The position numbers and the translations under genes were made by a program. The notes under the pieces were generated by a model. The model was not told the DNA's origin and searched no databases. It saw only the letters and a program-made list of their open reading frames with translations. From the IMG/VR virus record IMGVR_UViG_3300036399_001023: a stretch of 48,906 bases of DNA. One strand, given 5' to 3'. Below are positions 1 through 9,379 of this stretch, in pieces (the first letter of the stretch is position 1; each line of letters starts with the position of its first letter). The stretch is from a virus (Duplodnaviria; Heunggongvirae; Uroviricota; Caudoviricetes).

Positions 1-194
1 GTCAAACTCACAATATCCGACACAATCTCGCGGTGCGCTTTCACAGCCGAGTTAAACACAGTCACAAGATCTCGAGTGCTGCACTCCTCCAAGTGGTCTT
101 GAAGTAGCTCAAGAGCGTCTTCAGCAACCTGCAATGCTGCTGCGGCAAGGGTCTCTTTCTGCCTCAGGATTTTGTCGTTCGAAGTTGTTGTCAT
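1..194 (-). CDS. Hypothetical helical protein, truncated at the window edge (MTTTSNDKILRQKETLAAAALQVAEDALELLQ...)
   Basis: ATG at 194 overlaps the stop of the upstream gene; frame is open to base 1; not in the ORF track. Confidence 0.6.
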   Translation of the reverse strand, partial: MTTTSNDKILRQKETLAAAALQVAEDALELLQDHLEECSTRDLVTVFNSAVKAHREIVSDIVSL

Positions 195-343
195 AGTGTT
201 TTTCTGCATCGTGAGCACCCGGTGTTTGAAGTGGGATAACTCCGGAAGTTTTGCAATTGTTTAAGGATGGCCTGCGCCAAGGCCGAATTGTTGGACTTAA
301 CAGCAACGTCATACTGTGCCCAGAGCTGTGCGGGAGTTGCCAT
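191..343 (-). CDS. Small hypothetical protein (~50 aa, MATPAQLWAQY...CSRC)
   Basis: ATG at 343 is 2 nt after the stop of 346..1569; C-terminal CxxC. Confidence 0.6.
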   Translation of the reverse strand: MATPAQLWAQYDVAVKSNNSALAQAILKQLQNFRSYPTSNTGCSRCRKTL

Positions 344-345
344 AC

Positions 346-1569
346 TTAACAGAGACTCGGAGGAGTTGGTCCGCCTTCGCAAGGAATGCAGCCGAGCTTC
401 CACAAGGAATTAATCGACGCAAGCTCGAAGGAATCTTGTATCAACCAACCTTTACCCTGCGGAGACTGGGCTACAAAGTAGAACCGTCCCTGCGGTGTTT
501 GAATAAACGTGTCGGGTTTCACCCCGACGAGTGTTCCGCCCATCAAAGTTTGCGTCTTGCCGTTCGGATCTAGGGGGTCTGAGTACAGGGTTCGGTTCGC
601 CCCTCTCACAATTGCGAACTCCCCGTAGGTGAGTCCCGACGACCACGACGCATCCTTCACACTTAGCGGGTCTATTCCCCCCTTGGCTGCGCCAGAAACC
701 GTGTTCCTCCAAAGATCCACAGCGTAACGAGCAAGCTTTTTCCCGGAGTTAACGTAGAAAACTTCCTTTATGGGCTGCTTTGTTGTGGCGTTCCAAATTG
801 TTACAACCAAGCGACCGTCCGCCGTGAAATTCTTATTACTTAGCAAGTAGATCGGCTGATTTAAAGGATCTTCGAGGAATACTTCGCTCGGGCTGCGTAC
901 ATAGACCCAATCCCCTGACTGAGTGAGTTCTTCACTCCACTGAACTCCGAGTGCGTCCGTGAACGCTGCCTCTAGGGGGTTCGTCTCAGGGTACCATGGC
1001 ACATAAATACACCCCGTTGCTTCATCGAGAACACCGGCTAAGGGTAAAGAAGTCAGGACATTTCGAGTGGGAAAAATTTGGCGGCAGTCACCACGTTGAA
1101 CACAGGGGTCGAGTGCGATATACGGCAGGGTTTCCTCGATAGTTACGGACCAGTTTTGAGTGTAGGTGTACTGAGACTCCGGGCTTAAGCCTGTGAACTG
1201 GGACGTAGAGCATCGAAAAGGTTCCAAAACTTGCACGTAAGCACCTGAAGGGGCACTCCCCGACAGTGTGATTTTCGCACCCATAAGGAGTTGCGTAGCA
1301 AAGTCGTGTCCTGAACTCGTCAGGTAGTTTTGGCACGAAAAGTTAAGCTCAAAATTGAGAGTGTCTTCGTATATGAAGGGTACTCGGTTCTTAACATTGC
1401 TTGTTGAACTTTCGTATCGGACAACGATGTTGTTGGTCTGAGTTACAACGCCTTCGTTCTCCACTGCGTCAGCCAAACGCAAAACATTAACTCCAATTGG
1501 TATGAGGGGGGATGCAATAAGAGAGTCGCAGAGGAATTGCTCTATTTTCGTTATTGTATTCAGTTCCAT
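346..1569 (-). CDS. Virion structural protein, possibly tail terminator/completion-like N-terminal domain
   Basis: 407-aa ORF directly downstream of the DUF1320-like neck gene; function inferred from synteny only. Confidence 0.45.
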   Translation of the reverse strand: MELNTITKIEQFLCDSLIASPLIPIGVNVLRLADAVENEGVVTQTNNIVVRYESSTSNVKNRVPFIYEDTLNFELNFSCQNYLTSSGHDFATQLLMGAKITLSGSAPSGAYVQVLEPFRCSTSQFTGLSPESQYTYTQNWSVTIEETLPYIALDPCVQRGDCRQIFPTRNVLTSLPLAGVLDEATGCIYVPWYPETNPLEAAFTDALGVQWSEELTQSGDWVYVRSPSEVFLEDPLNQPIYLLSNKNFTADGRLVVTIWNATTKQPIKEVFYVNSGKKLARYAVDLWRNTVSGAAKGGIDPLSVKDASWSSGLTYGEFAIVRGANRTLYSDPLDPNGKTQTLMGGTLVGVKPDTFIQTPQGRFYFVAQSPQGKGWLIQDSFELASINSLWKLGCIPCEGGPTPPSLC

Positions 1570-1581
1570 TTAGGTTAGGAC

Positions 1582-2661
1582 TTAAGGGTAGATCGTATCA
1601 GAGCCGTTAACGCGATAGCCGCCTGCGTCGTTCGGCTCTGTAATTTGTGGAGTCCCACCTAAGTCTTCGTAGTTTCGTGCTGAGATCCAGTTAGTTTCAG
1701 AGTTGTTTTGCCCCGTTGCCCCGAAACCAGCACGAAAGTCCGGAGCCTGATCCCCCGCCATGTCCGTATTCCACCCTCCGAAACCTTTTCCCGAAACCCC
1801 GTTGTACCGCTGCGGGACACGCCAGGAGCGCATGATTCCTGCCTTGGTGTCAATAGCTGAGTCACCGTGGCCCGCACGAACCGAAGTCATTTCTCGTTCA
1901 GCGTCGAGTTGTTTTAGTGCTTCGGTGTAATCCTTGAAAACATCTTCTCTTCGCCGGACATTATCCAGGTAGTATCGGGCTATAATCAGTGCTGTTCGCC
2001 GACGATTGCTCGTAATTAGCACCTTTCCCGCTTTCCCTGACTGCTCAATGTATGAGTCTATGAGAGCGTTTGCATCCTCGATTGCCATTCGCATCTTGGC
2101 AACATTCACCGAGTTTGCACTCGCGTCGTCAATGTTCGTAAGTTGTATGGCCTCTTTGAGTCCGTACGCGATAATGAAGTCGTCGGGCGACGCACTTCGT
2201 GGGTCGGACCTGTTTGGCGTTAAAACACCTGAGCGATCTTGATGCGGATAGCCGTAACCGCCAATAGTCTGCCCAAGGTTGGAACCCTTGCGAGAGCTTT
2301 CCGTTTGTTCGCTCGGTGTGAGCGTGTTTCGGACCGAAACTCGGTAAAAGCCTCGTACTGCGTTTCTTTTCTTTACAACATCACTAGCTGTGGAGGGAAC
2401 TGGCCCCCTCATGCAAGAGGCTAAGGCGACGGGAGGCTCGTAGGAAACAAAAACTTCGTCCCATGCGGACAAGCAGCTGTCTAGGCCGAGGGAAACCATT
2501 GTGTCCGAGGAGTACACAAGTGTCTCGACACCGTACTGGCCGTAGTTCACAGTGAAGGAACTTATGGGGACACTGACCCGAGTGTCAAGTGGGCTATCGA
2601 AGTACAGAACAACTGTACTCGGCGCTGAAAGTATGGCCTCCTTTATCTGCGGTACTGACAT
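1582..2661 (-). CDS. Head-tail adaptor (DUF1320 / Mu gp36-like) with N-terminal SwmB-like beta domain
   Basis: YGLKEAIQLTN..AIEDANALIDSYI..IARYYL..DYTEALKQL matches the gp36 pattern; the N-terminal VVLYFDSPLD..SSFTVN..EVFVSYEPP resembles SwmB repeats. Confidence 0.7.
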   Translation of the reverse strand: MSVPQIKEAILSAPSTVVLYFDSPLDTRVSVPISSFTVNYGQYGVETLVYSSDTMVSLGLDSCLSAWDEVFVSYEPPVALASCMRGPVPSTASDVVKKRNAVRGFYRVSVRNTLTPSEQTESSRKGSNLGQTIGGYGYPHQDRSGVLTPNRSDPRSASPDDFIIAYGLKEAIQLTNIDDASANSVNVAKMRMAIEDANALIDSYIEQSGKAGKVLITSNRRRTALIIARYYLDNVRRREDVFKDYTEALKQLDAEREMTSVRAGHGDSAIDTKAGIMRSWRVPQRYNGVSGKGFGGWNTDMAGDQAPDFRAGFGATGQNNSETNWISARNYEDLGGTPQITEPNDAGGYRVNGSDTIYP

Positions 2662-2681
2662 TCGGCTCTTTCCTTGTACAA

Positions 2682-2691
2682 GGTTTTACCC
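2682..2691 (-). promoter_or_regulatory. Late-promoter-like motif GGGTAAAACC (one of about 10 copies)
   Basis: Identical 10-mer also at 12718, 17111, 22027 and 26445; variants at 3723, 6038, 16478, 28419, 34318 and 48796, always just upstream of - strand genes. Confidence 0.65.
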
Positions 2692-2729
2692 TGCTGCCCA
2701 AGGAAAGTCGGAGCCCCACGAAAGCTACC

Positions 2730-3710
2730 TCACATCAGTTTGTCCCTACCCATTGACATTTTGTAAGGTTTGCTGCCATGCCTTGTATCTCCCCCCTCTA
2801 AGCGTATACTATTTCCGGACCGTGTCGCCGACCAATGGGTGCCACTTTCGTCCTCAAATTTGAACCTTTCCCCCTCCTTTAACTTTCCAAGGGCAATTTG
2901 GTGCTCGGGGTGTAGAACAGCCTTGAACTCAGACCCCCTACTGACCACTATCCTGTCACCCTGCTTTCTTACGGAAGTATCCGGACCTTTGGCTGCGATT
3001 CTCTTGAGGGTGGCTTTGGCTGCCGTGTCTCTCTCTGCCCTAGTTCGCCTGGTCGGAGAAGTCGCCTGTTCCGGTTTGGCGCGTTGCTCTTTCTTTTCCT
3101 CCCGCTCATCACGAATAAACTTGTTAAGTAGCGTGCTGTTTAGCGCACCACCCTTACCTAGAGCCTCGGCAAGATCGTTCCTAAACCATTTCGTGTTATG
3201 GCCACTGCCTTTGTGCTTTTCCTTCACTTTCTCAACAATGCTCTTATGCAGGGTCACTGCGTCTTTAAGATCTTTGCCCCTCAGTCCGCCCATTCTCGAT
3301 AAGGCTTTTAACTCGTCGGGCGCACGGCGCACAATCTCTTCTACCAGCTTATCTTTTCTAGCGGATGATCTCGTTGTACCAAGCTCCCTCTTAAGGTCAT
3401 CCGTAGACATGGCCTCCTCAGTACCTTTCTTACACTTTCCTCTGGTACCATAGGCCGAGCCGTCGGCTCGGACGCATCGAGTGAATTCGTACGAATCAAG
3501 TAAAGTGTTTACAGCTTCTTCAATGAATGGGTATTTACTCCCGTAGTCCTCAGAGAAGGAGAAACCTTCGGATGCTAACGCATCCGCTTCATTGCGGAGT
3601 TCTAAAGCTTCACCTAAGTTACCTTTCAGTGCTTCAGAAAGGGCTTCGAGGTAACAGTGGTCGAGTTTGTTCATGATTGACACTGAGAAAATTTCAGGGA
3701 GTGTTTTCAC
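2730..3710 (-). CDS. Hypothetical basic protein with CVRADGSAYGTRGKCKKG motif
   Basis: 326-aa ORF preceded by the GGGTAAAA motif. Confidence 0.6.
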   Translation of the reverse strand: MKTLPEIFSVSIMNKLDHCYLEALSEALKGNLGEALELRNEADALASEGFSFSEDYGSKYPFIEEAVNTLLDSYEFTRCVRADGSAYGTRGKCKKGTEEAMSTDDLKRELGTTRSSARKDKLVEEIVRRAPDELKALSRMGGLRGKDLKDAVTLHKSIVEKVKEKHKGSGHNTKWFRNDLAEALGKGGALNSTLLNKFIRDEREEKKEQRAKPEQATSPTRRTRAERDTAAKATLKRIAAKGPDTSVRKQGDRIVVSRGSEFKAVLHPEHQIALGKLKEGERFKFEDESGTHWSATRSGNSIRLEGGDTRHGSKPYKMSMGRDKLM

Positions 3711-3752
3711 CCCATCTTTTTATTTTACCCTTTGCGGACCAGGTTTAGGTAG

Positions 3753-4163
3753 TCAACGCAGCAGGAAGTCATCCGGGTCGTTTGACACGGGAGAGAGATT
3801 CTCGGACACCCAAAACGAGTAGATATCCTTGTGAGCTCGCACCGAGTACCCTTGGGCGGGGGAGTAGAGACAATTTATAAGGAATTGAAAGGCCAGTCGA
3901 AGGGGCCACTCGTCTCTCCAGTTGACTTCCCAATTGTCTATCGTGAGCAACTTACCGCTCACTGTGTAGTCTACTCGGGATACTATGCTCCCTCCCCTTA
4001 AACCTGGTGTGGGGTAATCGAAAGTTTGAGCAACGGACTCGTAGGGCTCCCCATCATACTTTCCTAGGACATACCGCAGCTCACTTGCCCCGTCCTGAAA
4101 GTACAAGAAGTCCTGAAAGATAAATCCCCCTTGACGGTAGACAGAAGGGCGACGTATTGCCAT
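3753..4163 (-). CDS. Hypothetical protein in baseplate cluster
   Basis: 136-aa ORF coupled to the upstream gene. Confidence 0.6.
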   Translation of the reverse strand: MAIRRPSVYRQGGFIFQDFLYFQDGASELRYVLGKYDGEPYESVAQTFDYPTPGLRGGSIVSRVDYTVSGKLLTIDNWEVNWRDEWPLRLAFQFLINCLYSPAQGYSVRAHKDIYSFWVSENLSPVSNDPDDFLLR

Positions 4164-4534
4164 TAGACTCTCACCAGTGCATGGAAAGTTCCGTTCCTAG
4201 CGACAATAACCCGGTCCCGGTACTCTTTTCCGTCCACAATGAGCCGATCCGTGTTGGTTATTGCTTCGACTCTCAGGTCCTGTTCGCAAGTCACTGGCTC
4301 AAGAAAAGTTGTGGGTACCGCAACAAAGAATCTTTCCTGACTCAGGAAGCTTTTCCCGATGGAGAAAGAAACGTGGGCACTTACAGAGTTGGCCGCGTAA
4401 ATTGAATCGTATACACAGAGGTTCTCAACTACTCCGAGAGATTTGTAGAACACTGGTGCCAATGGGTTTGTAGCACTCTGGCCGAACCCTGGAGAGTTGA
4501 CAAAGCCTGGGTCGTAATCCTCGGTGAAAGTCAT
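4163..4534 (-). CDS. Hypothetical protein in baseplate cluster
   Basis: 123-aa ORF with ATGA overlap with the spike gene. Confidence 0.6.
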   Translation of the reverse strand: MTFTEDYDPGFVNSPGFGQSATNPLAPVFYKSLGVVENLCVYDSIYAANSVSAHVSFSIGKSFLSQERFFVAVPTTFLEPVTCEQDLRVEAITNTDRLIVDGKEYRDRVIVARNGTFHALVRV

Positions 4535-5727
4535 TTGAATGGGTTTGGTAAGGAGGGTAGCTTAGAGAAAACAGTTTTTATTGTTGCCGCAGGGTTCTGA
4601 AGCGTCGAGATGACAAACTTGGTGGCACCCGGAACATAGGACGGCAGCGACTTCTCTGCCGCATTTTTCACAAAGTCAGTGGGGTCTGCTATGACTTTTC
4701 TGAGAACTTCTGAGAAGTTTAGAACTTTTTGTGCTTGCTGAATCGCCGTCTTCGTAAAATTCGACCCTGGGACACTCTCGACTGCAGCAAGAATTTCAGG
4801 GTTGTAGGTGGTTATGAACGACCCGGTAATATTATCGATAAACCCAGAATTTCGTGCAAAGCTAAGGGCAGTGTCTTGGCTGAACAAAGGCCCTTCCACA
4901 AACTTGAACGCTTGTATCGTGCTCATCGGGGGCGGTGCCCACGCTGCAGCAGACCCCCAAGGATTACCGGCAGGGGCAGTAGAGTACCCGGTTCGCCCCT
5001 CTTTTTTCATTTCCTGATGACTTGTAACAAAGACGTGGTCGTATGTGGCGGCCATTTGTCCAGGGCTGAGGCGATTTCCAGCAGAGTCAACCTGCGACGT
5101 AACATCGTTTCCGCCTGCGTGCCCGTGCGCCAAATCTGCGTGCCTTACCCAAATGTACTGTCCGTCTCTCTTCAGACAAATACACACCCAATCTGAGTTC
5201 ATTGGACCATTTTCTTCAACAACAGTGCAGCCGTGGTTCTCCTTGCACGCCGGGGGCAGACCGCCAGCTTCGTATATCGGCAGCCGAGTCATTGTGCTGT
5301 TGCTCGGAATCTGTAGAGCTTGCTGAGAGCCGTCGGTTAAATTCTGAGGGTCGTACAGTACGTCTTGCAAAACTGCATAGTGGTACTCCCCGTTGCTCAG
5401 AGAAATATTCACTCTCTTTCCTTCGAGTGTCTTCGGCTGCTTTCCCTTGAAAGCCGGGGAAACATCGAGCCAGTGTGACAAGTTGCTTGACTCTCCTGGC
5501 CTCGGTAGAGAAAACTCCCCAGCACCTTCGACTGATGGGATATCCTGAGGGTTCATGGCGTCGAACAGCACCTTGACTCTTCCCAAGTCTTCAGGGTCCT
5601 CAACACTAATTATCGTTCCACGAACAGTCCCCCTGGGTGACCCGGCGTACCTCGCGTTGGCTTCGATGGCTTTCGCCATCTCGGCCTGTTGTCGAATCCA
5701 TGGAATGTTTCTCAGGCTTTGGGCCAT
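4531..5727 (-). CDS. Baseplate spike/hub protein (gp5/gpV/VgrG-like OB-fold N-terminus)
   Basis: RGTIISVEDPEDLGRVKVLF is the typical gp5/Vgr OB-fold motif; context of baseplate genes. Confidence 0.7.
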   Translation of the reverse strand: MAQSLRNIPWIRQQAEMAKAIEANARYAGSPRGTVRGTIISVEDPEDLGRVKVLFDAMNPQDIPSVEGAGEFSLPRPGESSNLSHWLDVSPAFKGKQPKTLEGKRVNISLSNGEYHYAVLQDVLYDPQNLTDGSQQALQIPSNSTMTRLPIYEAGGLPPACKENHGCTVVEENGPMNSDWVCICLKRDGQYIWVRHADLAHGHAGGNDVTSQVDSAGNRLSPGQMAATYDHVFVTSHQEMKKEGRTGYSTAPAGNPWGSAAAWAPPPMSTIQAFKFVEGPLFSQDTALSFARNSGFIDNITGSFITTYNPEILAAVESVPGSNFTKTAIQQAQKVLNFSEVLRKVIADPTDFVKNAAEKSLPSYVPGATKFVISTLQNPAATIKTVFSKLPSLPNPFK

Positions 5728-5730
5728 AGT

Positions 5731-6018
5731 TTACCGTATCTTGAGGGAAAACTTCGGAGTGTTTTTTGACGGTAGTCGCTTAGCGAGTGCGGGTGGTCGT
5801 GGTGCCACCGTTGCTTCTTTTACCGGGGGCTCCTCAGAGCTTGCTTCAGGATGGTTCTCCTGAGGGGTTTCCTGGTGAGGTTCCTGGTGAGGTTCCTGGT
5901 GAGACTCGCCTAGTTCCTCAATAGGGTGTTCAGGTGCAGGTGTCACAGTGGTTGTCTCCTCGGTGTGATCTAGGGGAACTGTTTCTGTGTCGGGTGCACT
6001 TTTTCTTCGTGTGGTCAT
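5731..6018 (-). CDS. Small low-complexity Pro/Glu/His-rich protein
   Basis: 95-aa ORF containing HQEP repeats. Confidence 0.55.
   Translation of the reverse strand: MTTRRKSAPDTETVPLDHTEETTTVTPAPEHPIEELGESHQEPHQEPHQETPQENHPEASSEEPPVKEATVAPRPPALAKRLPSKNTPKFSLKIR
5869..5903. repeat. 12-bp tandem repeat ttcctggtgagg, about 3 copies (HQEP peptide repeats)
   Basis: Seen directly in sequence. Confidence 0.85.
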
Positions 6019-6048
6019 TTCGGTGAGGTAGCTAAGAGTTTTTACCCG

Positions 6049-8106
6049 TCAAGTCTCAAAGTCGAAAACGCCTTCTTCTGACGCAGACAGATCGGCTGCA
6101 AATAGTGAATATCCTACTTTGTAGTGATTCGCGTCAACAGTTGACGAGGCGCCATCATCTTTGCAAGTTGGGGGGTACTTATAGATGCTCGCGTCCCACA
6201 CTGGTGCTGGAACGACTTCGAGTGTTTCTTCCTTGAGATCATTGACGAGGAATCCACGTAAGTTCTCAGAGGAAGGCGAGCGTAAGTACTCCCCATCCCA
6301 GTCACCGTAAGTCTCCCCAGGTAAGGAAGTGTTTGCTGTGCGACTGTGAAGAAGGTCGTAGCTCACAAGCTCGGCCTCATCAAAGTCGTCGTAGGGAGTG
6401 TCAAAACCAGGGGCAATATCCGAATTGTCGTAGTCGTCCGACGTCCCTTGGCCGTACAAAATGTCTGAGAATAGGTAAGGTTCCGAGTACAAAAACGGTA
6501 GCAACCCCTTTTCACCACCGTACAAAACTACTTGTTCGTACACAAGTGGCTCCGACTGCTCCGGGGGGCACGACATTTTCTCAGGGCTGAGCGAAGACCC
6601 CCAGTACCCGAAATTCTTACACACAAGGTTTACCTTTTGCCATGTACTATCGTTTCTCCCATACTCAGGGGGGAGGCGCACAAAGTACCGCTCCCAGTTC
6701 GGGTCACTAGGCCCGTGGTTTGTGTCGGCCCGAAGAGAGTTAGGGCGCCGAAGAAGCTCAAATTCGCTTGGAGAGTTAATTACCTGCAAAGCTTCACTTT
6801 TCCATGGCCTTAAGAGGGTTCCGCTATCTTCCACATTCGGAGACATGTAGTGAGTGCGGCCACTGAGTACGAGGTCGGATATTTTGCAGTTGAAGTTGGA
6901 TGCTAGGGAGTTAGATATGCTTATTACGGGCTCTCCCACTGAACCTGTGTAAACAAAGCGGAAAGTTTGAGATGGTGTGTCAATTTCATACAGAAACTGG
7001 AAGCTGTCGGAGACGTGAGAAACTCCTTCAAAAACTCTAACTCCGTCACAGTGAACTACAGCTGCACCAAAGTCCCCAAAGTCTGAAATTGGCCCCTCGC
7101 TCGCACTTTCTATGTAAGCCAAGACATCGGAAAAACTTACGTACTTGTCGACAGCGCTCGTATGGACAGAGACCCTTTCGTTAAACCCGTGGATACCTAG
7201 GGCATCAAAAACAAAGTTAAAGGGCAACCTTCCACCTTTGTTCGACCATACTCCGTAAAAGTTATCGATCTTTTCTCGAGTGGCCCAGTCAGAAGGGTTT
7301 GACCAAGGGGACACCCTCACTCGCAAGGTGGAACTTTCGTACGTTAGCTCTCCTTCGAGCCCGACCCCGTTAGAGGAAAGATCTGAGGGAATATCAAGGT
7401 ACCAACTCTCCCTCGAAAAGTCGTAGGTCGGGTCAATTGATACTGCTAAGGTGGTGAAAGTTACAGGGAGACTAAAAAAGTACCGTGCACCCGCTACAAA
7501 TGTGTTAAACTTGTAAGGTATTGTCCTCGCTGTGTTGTACTTCGGGAACAGGACAAGGTCGGACCCCTGGACTTCGCAGAGGAAGGAAGCGTCGGCGGTC
7601 GAACCTGGTTCGGGGCGAAAGAACGGACTGGGCAGAGCGCCAGGAGCTATCACCTTGAGCTGCTTATTTTCTGAAAGGTCAGTCAAGAACTGTCCCCCCA
7701 AACCTTCGAAAGTTAGAGCATAGTTGGCCCCAGCTTGAGACACTTCCTTCAGCAAGTACGAAAAGTCCCCTAAGTAAAAGGTCTGACCGACTTGTATTCG
7801 TGGGTCTGCCTTTATAATTACTGTGCCGTTCCAGTTGCGAACTTCGACAACTTCTGGGTGAATGTACCCGTCGTACACACCGAAGGATCCCGTCAAAAGG
7901 TTTCGCTTTTGGGTCACTGTTGAGGCAAGATTGGCCCAGTATTCAGGACCGCTCCAGCCCAAAAGCTGGGCGAGCCAGTCAAGTTGGTCGTTTACGCGGC
8001 TCTCGGTTAGAGCCACTGAGTTGAGTTGTTCGGCAGTTAGGTAAAGGTTTGTGGTACCGTAGTCCTCAAAGTCACTAATACTGAACGAGGGGTTTAAGTC
8101 GGTCAT
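6049..8106 (-). CDS. Baseplate/tail protein, possibly P2 gpI-like N-terminus
   Basis: LDWLAQLLGW..W..QKRNLL resembles gpI-type wedge proteins; lies downstream of baseplate J. Confidence 0.45.
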   Translation of the reverse strand: MTDLNPSFSISDFEDYGTTNLYLTAEQLNSVALTESRVNDQLDWLAQLLGWSGPEYWANLASTVTQKRNLLTGSFGVYDGYIHPEVVEVRNWNGTVIIKADPRIQVGQTFYLGDFSYLLKEVSQAGANYALTFEGLGGQFLTDLSENKQLKVIAPGALPSPFFRPEPGSTADASFLCEVQGSDLVLFPKYNTARTIPYKFNTFVAGARYFFSLPVTFTTLAVSIDPTYDFSRESWYLDIPSDLSSNGVGLEGELTYESSTLRVRVSPWSNPSDWATREKIDNFYGVWSNKGGRLPFNFVFDALGIHGFNERVSVHTSAVDKYVSFSDVLAYIESASEGPISDFGDFGAAVVHCDGVRVFEGVSHVSDSFQFLYEIDTPSQTFRFVYTGSVGEPVISISNSLASNFNCKISDLVLSGRTHYMSPNVEDSGTLLRPWKSEALQVINSPSEFELLRRPNSLRADTNHGPSDPNWERYFVRLPPEYGRNDSTWQKVNLVCKNFGYWGSSLSPEKMSCPPEQSEPLVYEQVVLYGGEKGLLPFLYSEPYLFSDILYGQGTSDDYDNSDIAPGFDTPYDDFDEAELVSYDLLHSRTANTSLPGETYGDWDGEYLRSPSSENLRGFLVNDLKEETLEVVPAPVWDASIYKYPPTCKDDGASSTVDANHYKVGYSLFAADLSASEEGVFDFET

Positions 8107-8107
8107 T

Positions 8108-9379
8108 TCACTCCTTCACTGCTACAAGATTGTTCTGCAAAGTGGCGTAATCATGTCTCATGCAGTTTTGCGGGCTCATCCACACAGAAGAGTACCCTTT
8201 CACCTGTGAGAACAGGTTGATAAGATTTGTATCCAGGGCACGTGTAAGCCAATCAGCCAGGGGCTGGTGGTCTGTGTGAACCACCTCTCTCAGGTCTGTG
8301 ATCTTTTCAACACGGTAAGCCCCGTCAATACTCACGTAGGCCAGTTTGCACAGAGTAACCGGTACTTCCTTTCCTGTGCTGTTCCTAACGGTTTTCGGTA
8401 CGCTGTTTTCAGGATAAGCAACTAGGTTGATAACGGAGGTTGCTGCTGCGGGCTTTCTAAGCAAGGACAGGGTACCACTCACAAGCACCCGATTGATCGC
8501 CACTTTGGTATCCGTCCATACTACTTTCCACCCACGGTTGTACGAGGGTTCAGGAATTGAAAACTTGAAGTACTGCCCGTTAGCGTCGGACGCAACGTCG
8601 GAAGAACCTTGTAAGACCCAAACCGGGTTTGAGCAATAGAGGTCGTCGCTTTCGAGGAGGTTGGACGACACATAAAGCGACGCTGAGCCTGTTACCGAGG
8701 AGCCATCGGGGCACCGTAGTTCAACTTCGGTGTAAGCGGCAGGGTGCGGGCTTTGCCACGACAGGTAGGCTTGCCCCGCGTAAGACGGGAATACACCGTC
8801 AAAGTTTCTCCACGCTTGAGACTCAAGGTCTGTGAAAGCAAAAGCGGGACTGTACCTCCACCCTGGCACAGCATCTGTGCTACTTTCTACTCTTATGTCG
8901 TATCCAGATAAGGAAAATTTATTGACAGAGTACTCAGCGACAAAGGGTGAGTCGTCGTAATAAAGTTGGTAGGCCAGAAGATACTTCGTACTTACCATTT
9001 CCATTTCTTCCAAGCTTATAATCACAGGGTCAACTGTTAAGCTCCCGTACTTCCAAACTACAACTCCGGACTGAACTGTCAGGAACTTGTTCTCCCCGGA
9101 AGACTGAACCTGAAGCGACCCTGTTCCCGTGCGGCCATCGCCCACGGGAAGGTAAGTGTAGGCAAACTCGTCGTTGAGTCCGAAGTCCAGTTTGTAAAGC
9201 TGCGAAGCCGACGGTAAACGTGCGTAGATTGGCCTCCCGTTTTCAACCCACTCAGTGGGGTGCGGGTTGAGTTTAAGCGCATCCACGTACTGGGGGGAAA
9301 GGTTCACACCCTGCTCGAAAGTGGAAGATGTTTCAATTTGCGCAGTCCCCCCGTTCAATGCGACCAGATTCTGACTCAT
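8108..9379 (-). CDS. Baseplate/tail-associated structural protein
   Basis: 423-aa ORF coupled to baseplate J (ATGA overlap). Confidence 0.5.
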   Translation of the reverse strand: MSQNLVALNGGTAQIETSSTFEQGVNLSPQYVDALKLNPHPTEWVENGRPIYARLPSASQLYKLDFGLNDEFAYTYLPVGDGRTGTGSLQVQSSGENKFLTVQSGVVVWKYGSLTVDPVIISLEEMEMVSTKYLLAYQLYYDDSPFVAEYSVNKFSLSGYDIRVESSTDAVPGWRYSPAFAFTDLESQAWRNFDGVFPSYAGQAYLSWQSPHPAAYTEVELRCPDGSSVTGSASLYVSSNLLESDDLYCSNPVWVLQGSSDVASDANGQYFKFSIPEPSYNRGWKVVWTDTKVAINRVLVSGTLSLLRKPAAATSVINLVAYPENSVPKTVRNSTGKEVPVTLCKLAYVSIDGAYRVEKITDLREVVHTDHQPLADWLTRALDTNLINLFSQVKGYSSVWMSPQNCMRHDYATLQNNLVAVKE

